A stretch of 64,000 nt of DNA from NCBI GenBank assembly GCA_028534125.1, contig CM052823.1, forward strand, positions 81,220,001 to 81,284,000. Direction: 5' to 3'. Shown piece after piece: positions 37,686 through 50,510 of this stretch; within the stretch, counting starts at the first letter, position 1; every line of letters begins with the position of its first letter. Position numbers and translations under genes: made by a program. The notes beneath the pieces were generated by a model. The model worked only from the letters and a program-made list of their open reading frames with translations. It was not told the DNA's origin and did not search any database. Source of the DNA: Lama glama (lineage: Eukaryota).

Positions 37686-40561
37686 GCCTAAGAATGCTGC
37701 CCCCATGTTGGAGAGGGAGGCAGGGACCAGGTTTGCTCTGTAAAAGGGGAACTCGTGCTTACACCAATGAGTCTAGACCTAGAGCCCAGCAGTGAGGACT
37801 GGGACCTAATATTTCTTTGGCACGAGCTTTGCACCGCACCAGGCCTCTTACCTCTTGCCCTCAGAGTTGTACCCTTCTCTCATTACATGGTACAGCCCCT
37901 AGGAGTTATCGAAAACGTTCTCTTCTTGGCCACACCCCAAATTTAACCTTCTGCATCCTCACTGCACCCCTTCAGGCTTAGCCAACTCTGCATAACTCAA
38001 ACCATTTCCCAAGGAGACGTTTCCGGGAGGCAGCACGGAGTTAGTTAACCTGACAAGAGGCAGGATGCATAGGAGCTAAGATGCAGGCTCTGCTCATGCG
38101 ATAACAAGGCTGAACCACACATACCGGTGAGTGAGAGGAATCAGGCACAAAAGAGCGCTGGTTGGAACCTCTTACCTGAAGTGCAAGAACTGGCAAAGCC
38201 AATCTCTGGTGACAGAAGTCTTGACAGTGATTATGTCTTTGGTGGTGTTACCTGGAGACAGGTTTGGGGAACCGCCTAGGAATGGAAATATTCTGTCTCG
38301 CTCTAGGCAGTAGCCACACTGGTCGTAAACAGAGGCAGAAACTCACAGAGCTCTACATTTAAGATAAATTATAGCTTCATATAAATAAATAAGCTTTATC
38401 ACCTCAAAAAAGAGGCCGTCTCTGGAGCCAAACTGTGTGGGTTTGAGGAGGACCCTCCTACCTCAGTGTCTTGTGTGAGGTTAGTGAACTGAGTTGAGGC
38501 ATAGGACCTACACAGTATTAGCATCACTGTAATGAAAGGGACACACTTCTAACCACCCAGGCAAAGTGAAGGATTAGGAGAGGTGCTTCTGAACCCCTCT
38601 GTTGTCCCCCTGGCCCATGCACCACTGCTCTGATCACAAAGTGGTCCATGCGGTAGGCACATGATGACTCCCTTGACCTCCCTCCTCTGTCAGTGCCCCC
38701 ATCCCAGTAATCAAGACAGCCGAATCTGCCCTCATTCTCTGTCTTCTCTAGCTCCTCCCGGAGTCTCTCAGGAGGCTGGCACAGGAGCTGCCCCTGTTTG
38801 TAGAGCTCTTCATCAACAGACTGAATATTTACAGAACACGGCAGTTCTGATCAAACAGTTCATTTCACTGGAGACTGGGGTACCGTACTGCGTCTCCTCG
38901 TGAGTTATTCTCAGCAGAAGCAGCCCTCGCTCTTATCATCCGTTTCTTCACATTTTAAGGCCTAGCATAAGAGCCGCAGTGAAACAGACGAAATGAGGAA
39001 CAGATGGGATCGATCTGTACCTTTCCCCCAACCGCGTCTCAGTGCATTTACCACGGCACCCTCGCTGCTGTTTGCTCCTTGTTATCTTCTATTCTTCTCT
39101 TTGGAAAGTGGAAAAGTCAGAAGGAAATAAACAGATACAAGGGTGTGTAGAAAGAGCGTTTGATGGTGTATCGGGAAACCTGGATTCTGGAACCAGCACC
39201 TAGAGGTGTGACTGATTTACGTGTATTTTAACCTTTCTTTCATAGTTCCTGTTTTAATCTGTGAAATGAGTGATTTGTCTAGATTTGTGGCTTATGAACA
39301 GATGTCAGCCAGTGGAAGCCCTCTCACAAACAGGATATCAAGCAGAAAACATTAAACCCTGACAGCAGTTGTTGTTTGGGTTCAAACAGACATGGACATC
39401 AGGAACCTGCCCCCTCAACTTCTGCAGCCCCTCCCCCCCCCCCCCAGCAGCCCCTGGAGCACCTCCACAGGCCTTGGGCTTGGAATCCTAGGAGCACGAT
39501 TTAAAAACCATTCAATTTGATCTTTAAAAAAAAAAAATTCCCTGCTAGCTAAAATACTCCTAAGTGCCCCCATTCCTATTGATTCCACAAACTTTAATCA
39601 ACAGACCCTCTGTACTTTAAAGAAAACCTGAAAGTAAAATCCCATACGACATATCTGCACAGAAAAAGACTAGAAGAAAAAACACCAAAAAAGCCAGGAT
39701 AGTGGTTATCTCCCAATAAGAATATCCCAGCTCTGATTCCAACAGAGAGCTGTGTGGCTCTTGCTGCCCTGCAGAGCCGCCTATAACTGACACCGAAGAA
39801 GACCCTGTCCCTCCCTGTTGGGCGGCACCTGCAGGCCTGCAAGCCTCATAGGGGCCCAGCCTCAGAACAGAAGAAAGAGCCCAGAGACAGCAAAAGAGAC
39901 ACCAGTGGTTTACTGGGGAGGGGATCTCGTAGGTCAGAGGGAAAGGGTCCTGGAGCGACGCCCCACTGTGCAAGGCGGACAGCAGGCAGGACAAGGCAGC
40001 AGTCGTCACTCCTCGAGGGGAGAAGGAGGCTACCACTTAGAGGGGGAATTGATGCGGGGGGGGGCTTATCAGTTACCAGGGAAACCAGAGACCGGGGTAC
40101 GTCCCTCCCAGCCCGACGGGTTAACAAGCATCACAGGGCAGGCATTTCCCTTTAATAAACTAGGAAGGGGAGCCGTTCTGGCCTAAGGATTAGAACAATC
40201 ACTAGTTGGGGCAGGCGGTGAGCAAGTTCATGTGCACAGGGTGTAGGTGATGCCGGGACTGCTGGAGCAGGGGATGCACAAAGAGCAAGAGAACGGTCAT
40301 CTTGAGGGGCCTGACCATACGCGCTCCCAGTGCCCAGCCTGTGCCCCACCTTGAGGCCCTCCCTTCACGAGGGCAGCTAGCCTGGGGCCTTCCAGACACA
40401 GATGAGTATGAGTGGGGCCCTACAGGATACAGGCGTGAAGGAAAACTGTCCTCAGACAGGATTTCCTCCAGTGGGTCCTGTGAGATAGCAGTCTGAGAAA
40501 TGCTTGGCCGCAGAAAGGAATGCTGTGGGGGACGGCGAGGGGAGCAACCTCCCCCAAAGTC

Positions 40562-41015
40562 CACTTGACCCTTGAACAATACTGGTTTGAACTACATGGG
40601 TCTGAATTGTGCAGGTCCACTTATACATGGATTTTTTCCAATAAATATAGTACCTGTATTTTCATGTCACAGATATTTTTTTTTCTTTTTTTTTTTTTTA
40701 ATAGAGGTACTAGGGATTGAACCTAGGACCTTGTGCATGCTAGGCATGTATTCTACCCATGAGCTATACCCACCCCCACAGATTTTAAGTTAACTAAGTG
40801 TGGGGGGAAATTTGTGTTCAATTAGACATCACAATATGTGGAATCAAAAGAACTAGTGTTTGAGCCCTGATTCTATCCAGACTGCTTCAGCTTCCTGCCC
40901 CTGGGTGAGTCATCTATCAGTTCCTTTGTTTTGAGGCCGAGATAACAGTCCTCGGATTTTCCATTGCCCGGGGCATTGACATCCCTCACCCTCGACATTG
41001 TTCCAGGGTCAGCTG
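40562..41015 (+). mobile_element. Tigger2a-like non-autonomous DNA transposon containing a SINE
   Basis: TIRs cacttgacccttgaacaa ... ttgttccagggtcagctg followed by TA; ggtttgaact...ggtccacttatacatggattttttccaataaata 5' signature. Confidence 0.85.
40675..40777 (-). mobile_element. Short-form Vic-1-like SINE inserted inside a Tigger2-like element
   Basis: Poly-T, then aatagaggtactagggattgaacctagg...gagctatacccacccc; TSD cacagat on both sides. Confidence 0.88.
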
Positions 41016-42014
41016 TAACTGAGTGTGAGAACCACCGCCTGGATTTCTCCCTAAGAGATTAAATGCACAGTAAGTAGCATCTTGACGCCTCTGGCCAGCA
41101 GGAAGCCTGATTAAGGTTGCTTACTACAACAGTTCCCAAATTTATTTGACTACAAAACTCTTTTCTTCCCCACAACCCCTATGAATATTGCAACAGAGTT
41201 CCAGATCCAGAACAGGCTTCACAAAGGCAATTTTTAAAAACTGAATTGTAAGGCTTGAAATCAATGAGGAATTACAAAAGGGGAAGGGAAGAGAAGGAAG
41301 GAGACTGCTTCAGGGTCTGGAGAACGTGGAGATGAAGACGAAACAAAGGACCATCTATGATTCCAAAGAATGTCTGGAACTTTCTTCTTATCTGTTAGCG
41401 CCTTTGTCTCCAGCACATTCCTAGACAGCAAATCACCGTGCTGGTGGTCTAACAGCTCATGACCACTGCAAGGGGCCTGTGGGCACCAGAAGTAGCATTG
41501 TGGAGTCCCTGCCTCTACCCTCCTCTTCCTCTCACCTTTGGCTGACTGACACATCTTTCCCTAGAAAGAGCAGAAAAAGGAAATTATCCTATTAATTCAA
41601 TTCATCAAATACCCACCTCTGAGACAGTCTTGCCCTAGGGTGCTGGGAGCACGCAGGTGCCTAAGGCACAGGCCGCTCAGACTAGTCATCAATTCAGCAC
41701 AGAAGCAAAGAATCCCTCCCCAGGGTCTGCACAGGGGTCTGGGGAGCACACAGAAGGGGCCCTCCTCCCAGCCAGTTGTCAGAAGTTTCCTGAAACCTCA
41801 GCCCTAAAGCCCACATTCTCCGTCCCCCCAAGGTAAGGGCTGAGGGGGAGGGAGGGGAGAGGTAATTCCTAGCAGAGGGAACTGTGAGAGCAAAGACGCG
41901 GAGGTGGGAGAGAGCAGGGCTGCCCAGGACCTCCAGGCAGCTCGGGCTGGGGCACAAAGTCTGGCAGGACGCGGGTGGACAGGGAAGGGTGGAACTGCCA
42001 GGGAGTAGTGACAT

Positions 42015-42622
42015 ATATTACTGCTAGAGTTGCAGCTGATTTTTGTTGGTTGGTTTTGTATCCTAACTTTACTGAATTTGTATCTTANNNNNNNNNNNNN
42101 NNNNNNNNNNNNNNNNNNNNNNNNNNNNNNNNNNNNNNNNNNNNNNNNNNNNNNNNNNNNNNNNNNNNNNNNNNNNNNNNNNNNNNNNNNNNNNNNNNNN
42201 NNNNNNNNNNNNNNNNNNNNNNNNNNNNNNNNNNNNNNNNNNNNNNNNNNNNNNNNNNNNNNNNNNTTTTCTGGTTCTTTCTCTTAGAAGGAAAGCTTTC
42301 AACATTTCACCATTGACTATGCTGTTGGCTGTGGGTTTGTCAGACATCACCGTTACTGTGTTGAGATGTGTTCCTTCTATACCCAATTTGTTGAGAGTTT
42401 TTATCGTGACATGACGTTAAATTTTGTCAAATGCTGTTTCTGAATCTATTGAGATGATCATATGTTTTTTTAAATTAATGTGGTGTCTCAATGGATTTGT
42501 GGAATCATCCTTGAGTCCTAGGGATAAATCCCACTCGATTGTAGTGTAGTATCCTTTTCACGTGCTGTTGAATTTGATTTGCTGAAACTTTATTAAGAAT
42601 TTTTGTATCTGTACTCATCAGG
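42015..42622 (-). mobile_element. Degenerate LINE-1 ORF2 (reverse transcriptase region) fragment spanning an assembly gap
   Basis: Minus-strand GIEGTHLNTVTVMSDKPTANSIVNGEMLKAFLLRERTR matches L1 ORF2 [38 protein letters not shown]. Left of the gap, gatttttg...ttttgtatcct.actttactgaatt is the antisense of the EFSKVAGYKIN.QKS segment. Confidence 0.9.
42088..42266. other. Assembly gap (179 N) inside the L1 fragment
   Basis: Run of n. Confidence 1.
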
Positions 42623-42654
42623 GATGGCCAAAGCTCATATGGTCAACAACTAGG

Positions 42655-42791
42655 CAAGTCATCCTCAGGATGATCCATCAGCTTAAAATAATGCAGATTC
42701 TCAGGCCTCCCCAGCCCTACTGAATCAGCTACACTGGGCATGGCACCCAGGAGTCTGCATCTTAGGCACGTGTGTATGGAAGAACCACTGC
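42655..42791 (-). mobile_element. MER5A-like hAT fragment
   Basis: aatgcagattctcaggcc.ccccagccctactgaatcag...gcacccaggagtctgcat...agaaccactg. Confidence 0.65.
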
Positions 42792-44149
42792 CCACATAGA
42801 AGATAATGTAAAACGTAGGGGATCCTGGAAGGGCAAGTATTTATTTAGCAGTGGTTTAAGGACAGAACACCGGCTGGGTATGTCTTGTAGTCAGGGTTTT
42901 ATTTCCCCATTGACCTGTAGCCTGGTTTGGCTCCTGGAGCTGCCTGATTCGAATGGTATGCCTGGAGAGCCCCAGCTGGTAGAGGCAGCTGGGCAGGCTC
43001 CAGAGCTGCTGCATAAGGATTCTTACCGCCCAAAAGAGCGTGGACACATGGGAGAGGGGAGGCTGAAATCCTCATTCTGAAGAGGGACCTCCTTTTCTTG
43101 ACACAAAGGCACAGTGCTCTTGCCAAGACATGTGATATGCTGCCTAAAGGAGGTACACAGAATTCACAGCAAAGTGCTAGATCAGCAGAGACCTCAGTGG
43201 GTGAGTACCAAAAAGGGTCTGGGAGGAACTGTGTGGGGTCACAACATGAGATGGAAGAGATCTTAGGCAAGTTTTAAAAGGAAGGGGAAGTGAAGTATTG
43301 AATGCTAAGATCTGTATTAGATCTTTCTCCAAGCTTCCTCCAGCTCTCACAACAACCCTGTGGGATGGATATTCATATTTACAATTTAAGAGAAGGAAAT
43401 TGAGGTTCCCTTGGGTTAAGTGAGCTTCCCAAGGTCACACAGCTCCTAACTGATAGAGAATCAAATACATAGTTGACTGGCTCCAAAGCCAGTGCCCCTT
43501 CCATTACACTGTTCTGCCTCTGCCATTGCTTCCGGGTGCCCCAGGAATCAAGGTTCATGTTCATGGTCTGAAGGGGGCAGGCAGTAGTCTGCCATGCCTC
43601 CAGACACAGTGAAAGGAAGACACCAATCCAGAACACCTTAGGGAAAGTGGGTCGAGAGTAAAAGCACAGACCCAGAAAGGTTCTGCAGTCCCAGAACTGA
43701 GATGCAAGGAGAGAGAGGTAGAGAAATGGGATTCTGGCCCTGGTTTGCTTCGTTTAGCCAGCTACTGGCCTTTGGCCAGTCAGTGGGCCCCTCCTTTCCG
43801 CATCAGGAAATGAAGGTGCAGAGAAAGGGAGTAGCTGTTCTGCAGACCCCAGGGCTGGGGAATCTCAAAGGAGATGAGGGCTGACAAGGGTCCCAGGAGA
43901 GCTGAAGGGCCCCGGGTGCAGACTGCAGCCATGACCTCAAGCTCTGTGAGTCCAGGGGTGATTTACTGATCACACATGGGCTCATTGTTCTTCTCCCACA
44001 TTCCATAGTCCCCTCCTGTTAGGACCGACCTTTGACTGGAATCCCCAGGCTTACCTGGAGGACCTGATAACTCTGCCCAACACTGGGTACCCTGGCTGCC
44101 TTCACACCAGCCGTGCTACAGCTTGGTAGTTGCCTCTCCTAGTCTTCAG

Positions 44150-44342
44150 CCATCGAAACACTTCCCGAGCTATGTAACAATTGTCCATTTACTTGCTTCC
44201 ACCATATGACCATGAACTTCTTGAAAGCACCATCTGTCTTACCTCCTGTTGTATCTACCACAATGTTAAGCACAATCCCTTCCACGTCATAGGTGCTCAC
44301 TGAATGTGTGATAGAATAAATGAATGAATACATGAATGAACG
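44150..44342 (+). mobile_element. LINE-2 3' end
   Basis: catgaacttcttgaaagca...tgtatctaccacaatg.taagcacaat.cct...cataggtgctcactgaatgt...aataaatgaatgaat. Confidence 0.75.
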
Positions 44343-44934
44343 GAGTCATGGTGGGTCCTCAGCCTCTAAGATGTAAGCCATAATAGGGCCCAATGGCCTG
44401 CCCTCTCAGCCACAGACTGCAACTCAAGGACACCCCAAGGGAGGCTCAGGGGTTGGGTGGGTTGGGACCTTCCCTTATGGCTCACGTTCCTCACCCATGG
44501 TTTACTTTTGCCTTAAGGAGTAACCTTGGGGCCGTCTGGCCAAGTTAATGCTTAACGCTTTCCTCCTGCTGCAAGTGTCTATCTGTGCAAAGCATCAGGC
44601 TCAGACTCCAGTGCAGGAGAGGGCAGCAGTCCTGCAGGAACAGAGCCAGGAGTCCCCAGCTCATCTCCACTCTGACTCTCACTTTTCTTTTTGCCTGGTT
44701 AGCTCTGGCCTCAAAAACACTTCTCTCTGGAAACTTTTATCTACTGAATCTACAGAGATAGGACAGGCAGAACTCACACATTTCAGAACCCAAGGGACCC
44801 TGGGATCTTCTCCCAACATTTTAGTTTTCCAGCTGATTTGGAGGAAAATCCAGGTTTAGGACTCTGGTCCAGGTGATTCAAAAAGCAAAGGACATCTCTG
44901 CACCACCATGGAGAACTCAGAGCTAGTGGGTCCA

Positions 44935-45040
44935 ATCTCCTCATTTTACAGATGAGGAAACTGAGGCCTAGAAAGTTAACTGATTTGCTCAAGATCAACC
45001 AGGGTGAGCTAACGGGAAACCAGGACCTATGGAGATCTGC
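44935..45040 (-). mobile_element. MIR SINE core
   Basis: cattttacagatgaggaaactgaggcctagaaagttaactgatttgctcaagatca. Confidence 0.85.
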
Positions 45041-45749
45041 CAACACACAAGCACACACAGTTCACCAATAGCCAAATATGAGTAAGGTAGTCCTGAGTGT
45101 CTAAAGCCACATTGTCTATACAACAAGCAGATGCAGATGCTGCAGACCCAAACAAGCACGTGCTCAGTTGCTTGCTTCATATGAAATGCCTTCAGTCAGG
45201 CTCTGAGCTCTCTTCAAAGTGACCATGTAAATGCAATTTAACACAGCCACACTCTAGACCATGGGAGTGCAGTTGTGAAAATGCTGATTTCAAAGATCTC
45301 ATGGTCAGTGAGCCTCCCATGGGGAGCTGAAGGTCTGGCAAAGGAGATTTGTAAGTCTGTCCCAATGGGTGGTTTTAATTTCCTGGACTGCAAAGGAGCC
45401 ATTCCTGGCATAAGTGTCAACTCAAATACTTCCTGTGTGACCTTGGTCAAGACATTTATCCTGAGACCCAGTTTCTTTGGGGATAGCACCTACTCACAGC
45501 GGTGTTATGAGGATGAGATAAAATAAGGAATTCCAAGTTACTAGCAAAAGGTAACTGACAACCACATAAACAGCCCTTTAACCAGACTTAACAATTCCTC
45601 CAGAATCCCATCATTAGCTTTAATGAGAGCTTTTGGGCTTTAGGATACTCTGGGTTTGTAATAATTATGACTACACCTGAGGGGGACTTACTTGTAAGAT
45701 TGCTTCAACTCCCATGTCAGCAAAACAATCTCACCATTTAACCAAGTAA

Positions 45750-46150
45750 TCTCACACCAGGTAATTCACCCTCAAGGAAGTAATTCTCTAAAAGGAAAAG
45801 CTCTCTGCGTGAAGTTCATTGCAGCTTTGTTTATAAAGGTGAAAAACTGAAAACACAGTGCTCATCCCAGATAGGGAAATGGATACATAAATTACAAAGC
45901 ATTCCCTTGGTGGAATATTATTCAGCCTTTAAAAATGATGAGTATGAACACTAGGAACATGGAGAGGTGTTACTATATAATGTAGAATGCAAAAAAGCAA
46001 AAAGCTGTTCTATCTGCACAGTTACATGAAAAATACATTTGCTTCTGGATACAGAATAGAAGTACAGGAAAATAAAAAGTCAACCCATTAGGGTGATGAG
46101 AATGTGAATCTATTTTTTAAAACTTTGTTTTCTGCCATCATTCCACTTTA
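45750..46150 (+). mobile_element. Ancient L1 (L1ME/MC-like) 3' fragment
   Basis: ttcattgcagctttgtttataaaggtgaaaaactgaaaac...tggaatattattcagcctttaaaaatgatgag. Confidence 0.65.
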
Positions 46151-47354
46151 GTGCAACAAATATATTTTTAAAAGGAAGGGAAGAAAATCTGATACTCGCT
46201 CCAGAAATAATGTAGCTGAAGGCAAGTTTCATTTGTGGGAAAATGCCTGGCACAGAGCAGGTACTCAGGAAGCGCTGGTCGGCAGAATGAATAAGTAAAT
46301 AAGGGAATAAGTGATTGAAGGGGAGCACCACACTGTGTGTTGTTTTTCCATTTAAGTCACTGGCCCCAGGTCTATTTGGAAAAGCCATTCTGGATCTATC
46401 CTTCCTGAGTAAGAGGGTGAATGAGGCACTGCACACCTGAGCAGGCACAAAGGAAAATAAATGATTTACAAGGCTTAGCAGAGTGTCAGGCACATAGCAA
46501 ACACTCAGCAAACGTTGACCACTTATATGACCATCAGGAGTGGATGAAACAGAGCCAGTCTAGTAAGACTGCCTGGGTCTCCACTGAAGAGACTTATTAT
46601 CATGGGAAGCAGCTAGAATAGGGCAGAAGCTCTGTGCTCAGATCTCCTCTTTGTCCCTAACTAGCTGTGTGAGCATAGATAAGTGAATTTGTCCCTCTGA
46701 GTCTCAGCTTCTTCATCTTTATAATACATTGAGATATTATTTTGAATTCATTTTCCCACCACCACCATCTGTTTTCAGGACTGAAAGCAAAAGCCACATG
46801 AATCCACCCTATGTTGCTGTCTTTTGTTAAAGTCTAAACTCATAAAAGTCTCATGTAAAGTCTAAAAAGATAATTCTAGGCACCTCAAAAAGGAGATGAG
46901 AAAGAGAGGATGCTTAACTCCCTGCCTGCAAGAGGGGAGGGGCTGGTGTGTCTCCAGGCAGCAAAAACCCAGCCAGAGCTTCCATGACAGTCCTCAGGGA
47001 CGAAATGTGCGGTGCCCTTAGCCTCAGCCTCAGCTGCACAGGGCTTCCCACCCCTTAAGCACAACCGCAAAAAGTGAAATTTCTGAAGGGACTATGCGGA
47101 ATGGGACTGGGCTTCTTAGCAGCTGAACCTGATGTGAACAATGAGCAGTACAGACTGGCCTTTGCACAGATTTGGGGTAAATGAACTCCACCAAAACTGC
47201 ACAGGATGGGGACCCAATGCCCCATTTAAGGTGATGAAAGGAAAATAAAGAAATATGTTACCTGTCACTCACTTAAGTTTTGTGGACTAAGAACCTACTC
47301 CGTGGTGAGCTTATTTTTTACCTGATGCTCTCTCTCTCTCAAAAAAAAAAAAAA

Positions 47355-47492
47355 ACCTTGATATTTAGCCAATTTCCATGGTGTAAATACGTGTACGTGG
47401 CCAATTTCAAACTCTCAACTTTAAATTACTGAACGTAGAGAGCTGGGAAGAGGTGACCACAAGTGGCTTTTCTGAGCCAGCTCTGGCACATC
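47355..47492. mobile_element. Arthur1-like (hAT-Tip100) terminal fragment
   Basis: ccaatttccatggtgtaaatac...ggccaatttcaa...actgaacgtagagagctgggaagag...tgagccagctctggcaca. Confidence 0.5.
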
Positions 47493-49944
47493 CTAGAGGT
47501 GCACACAGTGAGAGCTTCCTACGTCTAGAAAGCTCTCCAGGGCCTTTGTCAGCACTAGAATTCCTGGACTGTAGATTAAGGCCAATTTATAATGGTCAAA
47601 GCTATTCACTCTATCAAGTGTAGTCTGCTGATTTTATTTATGTTGAAATATGGCTTAGTGGAACTGCTGACCCTCTTACCTTTGATGAACACCCCTCCCC
47701 AAAAATAAGCCAGCCCCTTTGTCAATAGATAAATATAAATGTTTCAAACTGAATCTATTCTTTCCTTTGATTAAGTGGTCTTGTGACTAAAAACAGACCA
47801 TGCATCATCCTTAAAGGTTACTGAGAGGAAATCCATAAATCTTTCCTTCAGGTTGTTCTTAAAAAATATATTTTAACCTGTAACTCATAATAATCCTTAA
47901 GGTAAGATGAGGGCTATAAGAGTAATCCTGTAAAACAGGACTAACTAATGCTAATCTCATTTTATAGGTAAGCCACAGAGAGGTGAAGTAACTAACCCAA
48001 GGCCACACAGCTAGAAAGTAGTAGAGCTGGGATTCAAGCTAGGCGATCCAGGTCCAGAACCCAGGTTGCTAATGGGTCCACAGCACTGTGTCTCACCAGG
48101 CAGCAACAACCCATGCGCAGGGAGAGATCTCACCTTGGGTCTCTTCCATCCACAGGGCCAGTTGGAAAAGAGCCAGCAATCTCTCTTCTTTCCTCCTCTG
48201 GGTGTAAAGTACCCAATTCATCTTCTGGAAGGTGACTGTGGAGGAGGGAGTGGGCCCCACTTTCCCCTTATAGGCACAAGTACTGCCAATAATAACGCAG
48301 TACGCATCCCCACCCACCATTGCTCCCAGTGAGCTTGTCTCCACCAGGTGGTGGCTCCGGTCCAGGGTAGGACTCAAGTGCTCCAAGAACCCTTGACTCT
48401 GCTACCATCTGACAATGCCCTAACTCCATAATTAGAGTTAAGGTCCTCGGCCCCCACCCCTCCTCCTGTCCCTTGTAAGACTCACTTGGCAATTGTGTAG
48501 GTCATGTCACAGACAAGGTGGTGAGGGATAAGGAAAAATGAAGTTCAGAGTCAGGAGTCAGACAGTCATTAACATCCAAATAAAATCTTGAAACAAGAAC
48601 ACTATTGAGTTAATTTGTCTCTGAAGATAGCTCTTGGCAATTCTCAAGCTAAGACTTTCAGCCAAGATCTATCAATCCAAGAACTGTTGAAGAAACTGTG
48701 ATTGTCCTGCTTTGGGGCAGCTTCTCCTGACCTGATTCTGGTCAGATGCCAGCCTCATAGCCCGCTTAGCTGTGTAAGAATTCTCCCAGAGTTATCTCTA
48801 GGAGAGAAGGGACAACCTCTGGTCTAAAGATGAGGCTGGCAGACAATTCCGATGGGTGTCTGAGGGGGTCATGGGACTTGCCATTTATTATTTTGGTCGC
48901 CTTAGTTGTCTGGGGGGATTTCCATCAGCACGAGGCTGCCCCAGCAGCTGTCCTCTTGGGCTCCAGACATGTTACTTACTTGATAACTAGGGGCCTTGCT
49001 TGATGGGACCAGCCTTTATGAGACACGGAATCTGAGCCTCTGAGCTTCACCCCAGTGAGGGCGGAAGAGTCCCAAAACAGTGCAGGGATGTGGGTTGGGA
49101 CCCCCTTTCCCCAGAGTAGGAAGGTGCTGGCTTGGATGGCAAGAGAGATGAGTTCTTTTGATTCTGCCTTCAACTAGACGCCTGGACTGGGACATGCCTG
49201 TTGTCCTCTCTGGGTCCCAGTTTCATCCGTAAATAAGGAAGTTGGACTAGATCATTATTACGCACAGGTCTCTGGTCCTTATGGAGTAACGGTTGTGGGT
49301 GGGAGAAGGGCATTCCCAAGCTATTTTCAAACAAATTACAAAAGGAGATTGTACCACACAAAACAACTAAATGTCAAGATTCTTTGCTTTTCACTGGAAT
49401 TCTGTTTGCTGTGGTATTCTCTCCAGAGGGTTGCAAGAGTAGATTGGTGGTGTTATCTATAGCCTTACTTAATAAAAAATGAAAATGAGAAACTCTGCAA
49501 TAAATGCAGGTTGTTTGAGATGCACAGAAAGAAAATGAAAAGTGGGCAGTAAACAGTCTGGGAGCCTTGACACAGCACAGTCTCCCAGTCCCTGTGCCCT
49601 CTCACCCTCTTTGACCAAATGATTTGGGTTCCCAAGGAGGGACCCCCAGGGTCCCCTAGTCATCTCTGGCCCAAAGGAACCTGGAAGGGCTTTGCAAGTG
49701 CACCAGGTCTCCCTGAGGTCCTAGAGGGCTAGGCCTATCCCGGATTGATCCAGTCATTTGGTTCAAAATCAGGGCTGGAGCTCTCCCTGCCAAATGACCC
49801 CACCCCAGAGGACTCAGAAACATCCCGTCCTCTCAGGCCAGCCCAGCCCCACACAAGCAACTGACACAGAAAGTGTGCCATGTGGCCTGCAGTGCCCAGG
49901 CCTAGATCCTGGGCCACAGGGAGAGGCAACAGTATTGCAAGGCT

Positions 49945-50510
49945 ATAATTCATTTTTACACCAATTTTTAAAAATGTACACCTAGGGAACCATTACTACC
50001 ACTAACACATACAACATTTCCAACCCTTCCAAAAGTTTCCCTTTGCCTTCTCTATCCCCAGACCCCAGGAAACCACTGACCTACTGTCACTATATTGTAA
50101 TGCATCTGAGATTCATCTCTGCCACTGCATGAATCAGAAATGTATTCCTTTTTATTGCTGAGTAGTGTTCCTTTGTGGTACATTCCATGGATATACCACA
50201 ATCTGTTTATGCATTTACTACATGATAGGTATGCATTGTTACTAGTTTGGGGCTATTATGAATAAAGCTGCTGTGAATATCTGCATCTCTGTGTGGACAT
50301 AGGTTTTCATTTCTTGGGTAAACTCCTAGGTTTGGGATTGCTGGGTTTTATGGTACATGTGCATCTACTTCTGTAAGAAATCGCCAAGTGGTTTTCCAAA
50401 GTGGCTATAGTATTTTGCAATCCCACCAGCAATGAATGAAGAGTTTAGTTGCTCCACAGCCTCACCACCATTTGGTGTTGTCAGTCTTCTTAATTTTAGC
50501 TATTTTAGAG
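49945..50510 (-). mobile_element. L1MB-like 3' fragment
   Basis: tgagattcatc...ttcctttttattgctgagtagt...tttggggctattatgaataaagctgctgtgaatat...ttttccaaagtggct...tcccaccagcaatg. Confidence 0.85.

Noticed and set aside
41837-41857. G-quadruplex-type motif (another near 60495-60519)
   Set aside because: Common in mammalian introns and nothing here ties it to a function.
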